Virus record (IMG/VR): IMGVR_UViG_2609460005_000007
Source of the DNA: a virus
Taxonomy: Duplodnaviria > Heunggongvirae > Uroviricota > Caudoviricetes
DNA: 26,748 nucleotides
Strand: one strand, 5' to 3'
Below are positions 23,951 through 26,748 of this stretch, one piece after another. Under the pieces are notes generated by a model. The model saw nothing but the letters and a program-made list of their open reading frames with translations, was not told the origin of the DNA and made no database searches. The first letter of the stretch is position 1. Every line of letters begins with the position of its first letter. Position numbers and translations under genes: made by a program.

Positions 23951-26032
23951 ATGAAAGGTCGCCTGTTAGATGCTGTCCCACTCAGTTCCCTAACGGGCGT
24001 TGGCGCAGCACTTAGTAACAAACTGGCGAAAATCAACCTGCATACCGTGCAGGATCTACTCTTACACCTTCCCCTGCGCTACGAAGATCGCACCCATCTC
24101 TACCCCATCGGAGAACTACTGCCGGGCGTTTATGCCACGGTGGAAGGCGAAGTGCTGAACTGCAATATCTCCTTCGGCGGTCGGCGGATGATGACCTGCC
24201 AGATCAGCGACGGTTCCGGCATCCTCACCATGCGCTTTTTCAATTTCAGCGCGGCAATGAAAAATAGCCTGGCGACGGGCCGCCGTGTACTGGCTTATGG
24301 CGAAGCAAAGCGCGGTAAATATGGTGCGGAGATGATCCACCCGGAATACCGCGTGCAGGGCGATCTCAGCACGCCAGAATTACAGGAAACGCTCACGCCG
24401 GTTTATCCAACAACGGAAGGCGTAAAGCAGGCCACGCTGCGTAAATTAACCGACCAGGCGCTGGATCTGCTCGACACCTGCGCCATTGAAGAACTCCTGC
24501 CGCCGGAACTGTCACAAGGAATGATGACGCTACCGGAAGCGTTGCGCACTTTGCACCGCCCGCCACCGACGCTACAGCTTAGCGATCTGGAAACCGGGCA
24601 GCATCCGGCGCAACGTCGTCTGATTCTGGAAGAACTGCTGGCGCACAACCTCAGCATGTTAGCCTTACGTGCCGGAGCACAGCGTTTTCATGCCCAGCCG
24701 CTGAGCGCCAATGACACGCTGAAAAATAAACTCCTCGCCGCCTTACCGTTCAAGCCAACGGGCGCACAGGCACGCGTAGTGGCGGAGATCGAGCGCGATA
24801 TGGCGCTGGATGTGCCGATGATGCGTCTGGTGCAGGGCGATGTAGGTTCCGGTAAAACGCTGGTCGCCGCCCTCGCCGCGTTGCGTGCGATTGCCCACGG
24901 CAAACAGGTAGCATTGATGGCACCAACCGAATTACTCGCCGAGCAGCACGCCAATAACTTCCGCAACTGGTTTGCACCGCTCGGTATCGAAGTGGGCTGG
25001 CTCGCCGGTAAGCAGAAAGGTAAAGCACGGCTGGCACAGCAGGAAGCCATCGCCAGCGGTCAGGTGCAGATGATTGTCGGTACACACGCCATCTTCCAGG
25101 AACAGGTGCAGTTTAACGGCCTGGCGCTGGTGATTATCGACGAACAGCATCGTTTTGGCGTGCATCAGCGTCTGGCATTGTGGGAGAAAGGCCAGCAGCA
25201 GGGCTTCCATCCGCATCAGTTGATCATGACCGCCACGCCGATCCCCCGCACGCTGGCAATGACTGCGTATGCCGATCTCGATACCTCGGTGATAGATGAG
25301 CTGCCGCCAGGCCGCACGCCAGTGACTACGGTCGCTATTCCTGATACCCGCCGTACCGACATCATTGACCGCGTGCGCCACGCCTGCATAACTGAAGGTC
25401 GTCAGGCATACTGGGTTTGTACGTTGATTGAAGAGTCGGAATTGCTGGAAGCGCAGGCGGCGGAAGCTACCTGGGAAGAGTTGAAACTGGCGCTACCAGA
25501 GTTGAACGTTGGCCTGGTACACGGGCGGATGAAACCTGTCGAGAAACAGGCGGTGATGGCGTCGTTTAAACAAGGTGAGCTACACCTGCTGGTTGCCACA
25601 ACCGTTATTGAAGTCGGCGTTGATGTGCCTAACGCCAGTCTGATGATTATCGAAAACCCGGAGCGTCTGGGTCTGGCGCAGTTACACCAGCTTCGCGGGC
25701 GTGTAGGTCGTGGTGCGGTGGCTTCTCACTGCGTGCTGCTCTACAAAACGCCGCTCTCCAAAACCGCGCAAATTCGGCTGCAAGTGCTGCGCGACAGCAA
25801 CGACGGTTTTGTGATTGCACAGAAAGACTTAGAGATTCGTGGACCGGGTGAACTGTTAGGTACGCGTCAGACGGGTAATGCTGAGTTTAAAGTGGCGGAT
25901 TTACTGCGCGATCAGGCGATGATCCCGGAAGTTCAGCGCCTGGCGCGACATATTCACGAACGTTACCCACAACAAGCAAAAGCCCTGATAGAACGCTGGA
26001 TGCCGGAGACGGAACGTTACTCCAACGCATGA
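23951..26032 (+). CDS. recG: ATP-dependent DNA helicase RecG
   Basis: 693-aa product from MKGRLLDAVPLSSLTGVGAALSNKLAKINLH... with Walker A GDVGSGKT, DEQH box and helicase motifs. Starts 6 nt after the trmH stop. Track ORF start trimmed. Confidence 0.95.
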   Translation: MKGRLLDAVPLSSLTGVGAALSNKLAKINLHTVQDLLLHLPLRYEDRTHLYPIGELLPGVYATVEGEVLNCNISFGGRRMMTCQISDGSGILTMRFFNFSAAMKNSLATGRRVLAYGEAKRGKYGAEMIHPEYRVQGDLSTPELQETLTPVYPTTEGVKQATLRKLTDQALDLLDTCAIEELLPPELSQGMMTLPEALRTLHRPPPTLQLSDLETGQHPAQRRLILEELLAHNLSMLALRAGAQRFHAQPLSANDTLKNKLLAALPFKPTGAQARVVAEIERDMALDVPMMRLVQGDVGSGKTLVAALAALRAIAHGKQVALMAPTELLAEQHANNFRNWFAPLGIEVGWLAGKQKGKARLAQQEAIASGQVQMIVGTHAIFQEQVQFNGLALVIIDEQHRFGVHQRLALWEKGQQQGFHPHQLIMTATPIPRTLAMTAYADLDTSVIDELPPGRTPVTTVAIPDTRRTDIIDRVRHACITEGRQAYWVCTLIEESELLEAQAAEATWEELKLALPELNVGLVHGRMKPVEKQAVMASFKQGELHLLVATTVIEVGVDVPNASLMIIENPERLGLAQLHQLRGRVGRGAVASHCVLLYKTPLSKTAQIRLQVLRDSNDGFVIAQKDLEIRGPGELLGTRQTGNAEFKVADLLRDQAMIPEVQRLARHIHERYPQQAKALIERWMPETERYSNA

Positions 26033-26664
26033 CCAGACTCATCACAAGACAAGTCACGCAGTAAATCTTCAATCTGGATAGTGAGGATATCCATTGCCTC
26101 ATACGCATCCTGTGCAATTCGCGCCGCCATTGCGCCTTCCGGTTCACCACGCAGAATTTCAGCCGCTGCCTGTACGCCAGCCACAATCATTTCAGGTGTT
26201 AACATTTGGCGAAGAAAAGCGCGATTATCAGAGGACCAGCCATCTTTATGGCCTAATGGATGCCCCCAGCCTATCCATTCTTGCGACCATAACGGATTGG
26301 CTTCTATGGGATAAATTAGATGCGCGGCATACTGAATAGCACACACCGCTTTTCCTGGCGTATCCAGCGCCCACCAGCGCGACCAGAGAGAATGAATTAA
26401 CGGCGCGGCCCCACCCAGAGTATTGAACACCGCCAGCCAGCAAAGAACGTTATTGAAACCACGCTCGTTATCCATACGCTGCAACGCGGTGTCCAGTAAA
26501 AATTGCCGTACCTGCTGGCGTTGGGAAGCATTCATCATCTCCTGCCAGAGATAGGGCCGACACAATGCCTTCATTAAGGATTCTTCGAAGTGATCACCAT
26601 AACCGCCAGCTAAAACGGTTTCATGCCATTGCGCCAGGCAGAGCGGAAACAGATAGCGAAACAA
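26017..26664 (-). CDS. hypothetical soluble Trp-rich protein of unrecognised family; N-terminus uncertain (frame is open up to 26710)
   Basis: 215-aa ORF on the minus strand with host-like codon usage. No in-frame ATG or GTG before codon 31; the track start is TTG. Converges on recG and overlaps its last 16 nt. Occupies the position where K-12 has gltS, but the product is charged and soluble-looking. Confidence 0.4.
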   Translation of the reverse strand: MFRYLFPLCLAQWHETVLAGGYGDHFEESLMKALCRPYLWQEMMNASQRQQVRQFLLDTALQRMDNERGFNNVLCWLAVFNTLGGAAPLIHSLWSRWWALDTPGKAVCAIQYAAHLIYPIEANPLWSQEWIGWGHPLGHKDGWSSDNRAFLRQMLTPEMIVAGVQAAAEILRGEPEGAMAARIAQDAYEAMDILTIQIEDLLRDLSCDESGHALE

Positions 26665-26748
26665 CTCTATTTGGGGGAACCGCAGAATTCGGAAAAAATC
26701 GTACGCTAAGCTAACGGTGTTCTCGTGACAGCTCTTTGACTAGGCTTT

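Noticed and set aside
24403-25381. Minus-strand ORFs (84-149 aa) antisense to recG
   Set aside because: Shadow ORFs inside recG with Ser/Arg/Ala-rich low-complexity translations and no start-site context.

Overview
This window reads as an Escherichia coli-type chromosomal segment (the 82-min region in K-12 terms), and almost all of it is conserved core genome. Gene identities rest on reading the translated ORFs against remembered protein families; no database search was run. From 5' to 3': (i) the minus-strand central LPS-core operon waaQ-waaG-waaP followed by three tandem GT8 glycosyltransferase paralogs and the kinase waaY, in the order GT8-GT8-waaY-GT8. That order fits the R1/R4 core types (waaO-waaT-waaY-waaW), not K-12/R2, R3 or Salmonella. 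(ii) The divergent waaA-coaD pair, with an exact ops/JUMPstart element in the waaQ leader. (iii) mutM, rpmG, rpmB, and a radC/yicR gene split by a 1-nt homopolymer frameshift. (iv) coaBC-dut-slmA, pyrE with its attenuator, an intact rph, yicC, LexA-box-controlled dinD, yicG, ligB. (v) gmk-rpoZ-spoT(TTG start)-trmH-recG. (vi) At the 3' edge, where K-12 has gltS, a soluble Trp-rich ORF of unrecognised family converges on and overlaps recG. No rRNA, tRNA, CRISPR array or IS element was seen. The two accessory-looking parts are the AT-rich outer-core cassette (98-3879) and the unrecognised ORF after recG (26017-26748); the latter is the best candidate for something undescribed but is truncated by the window.
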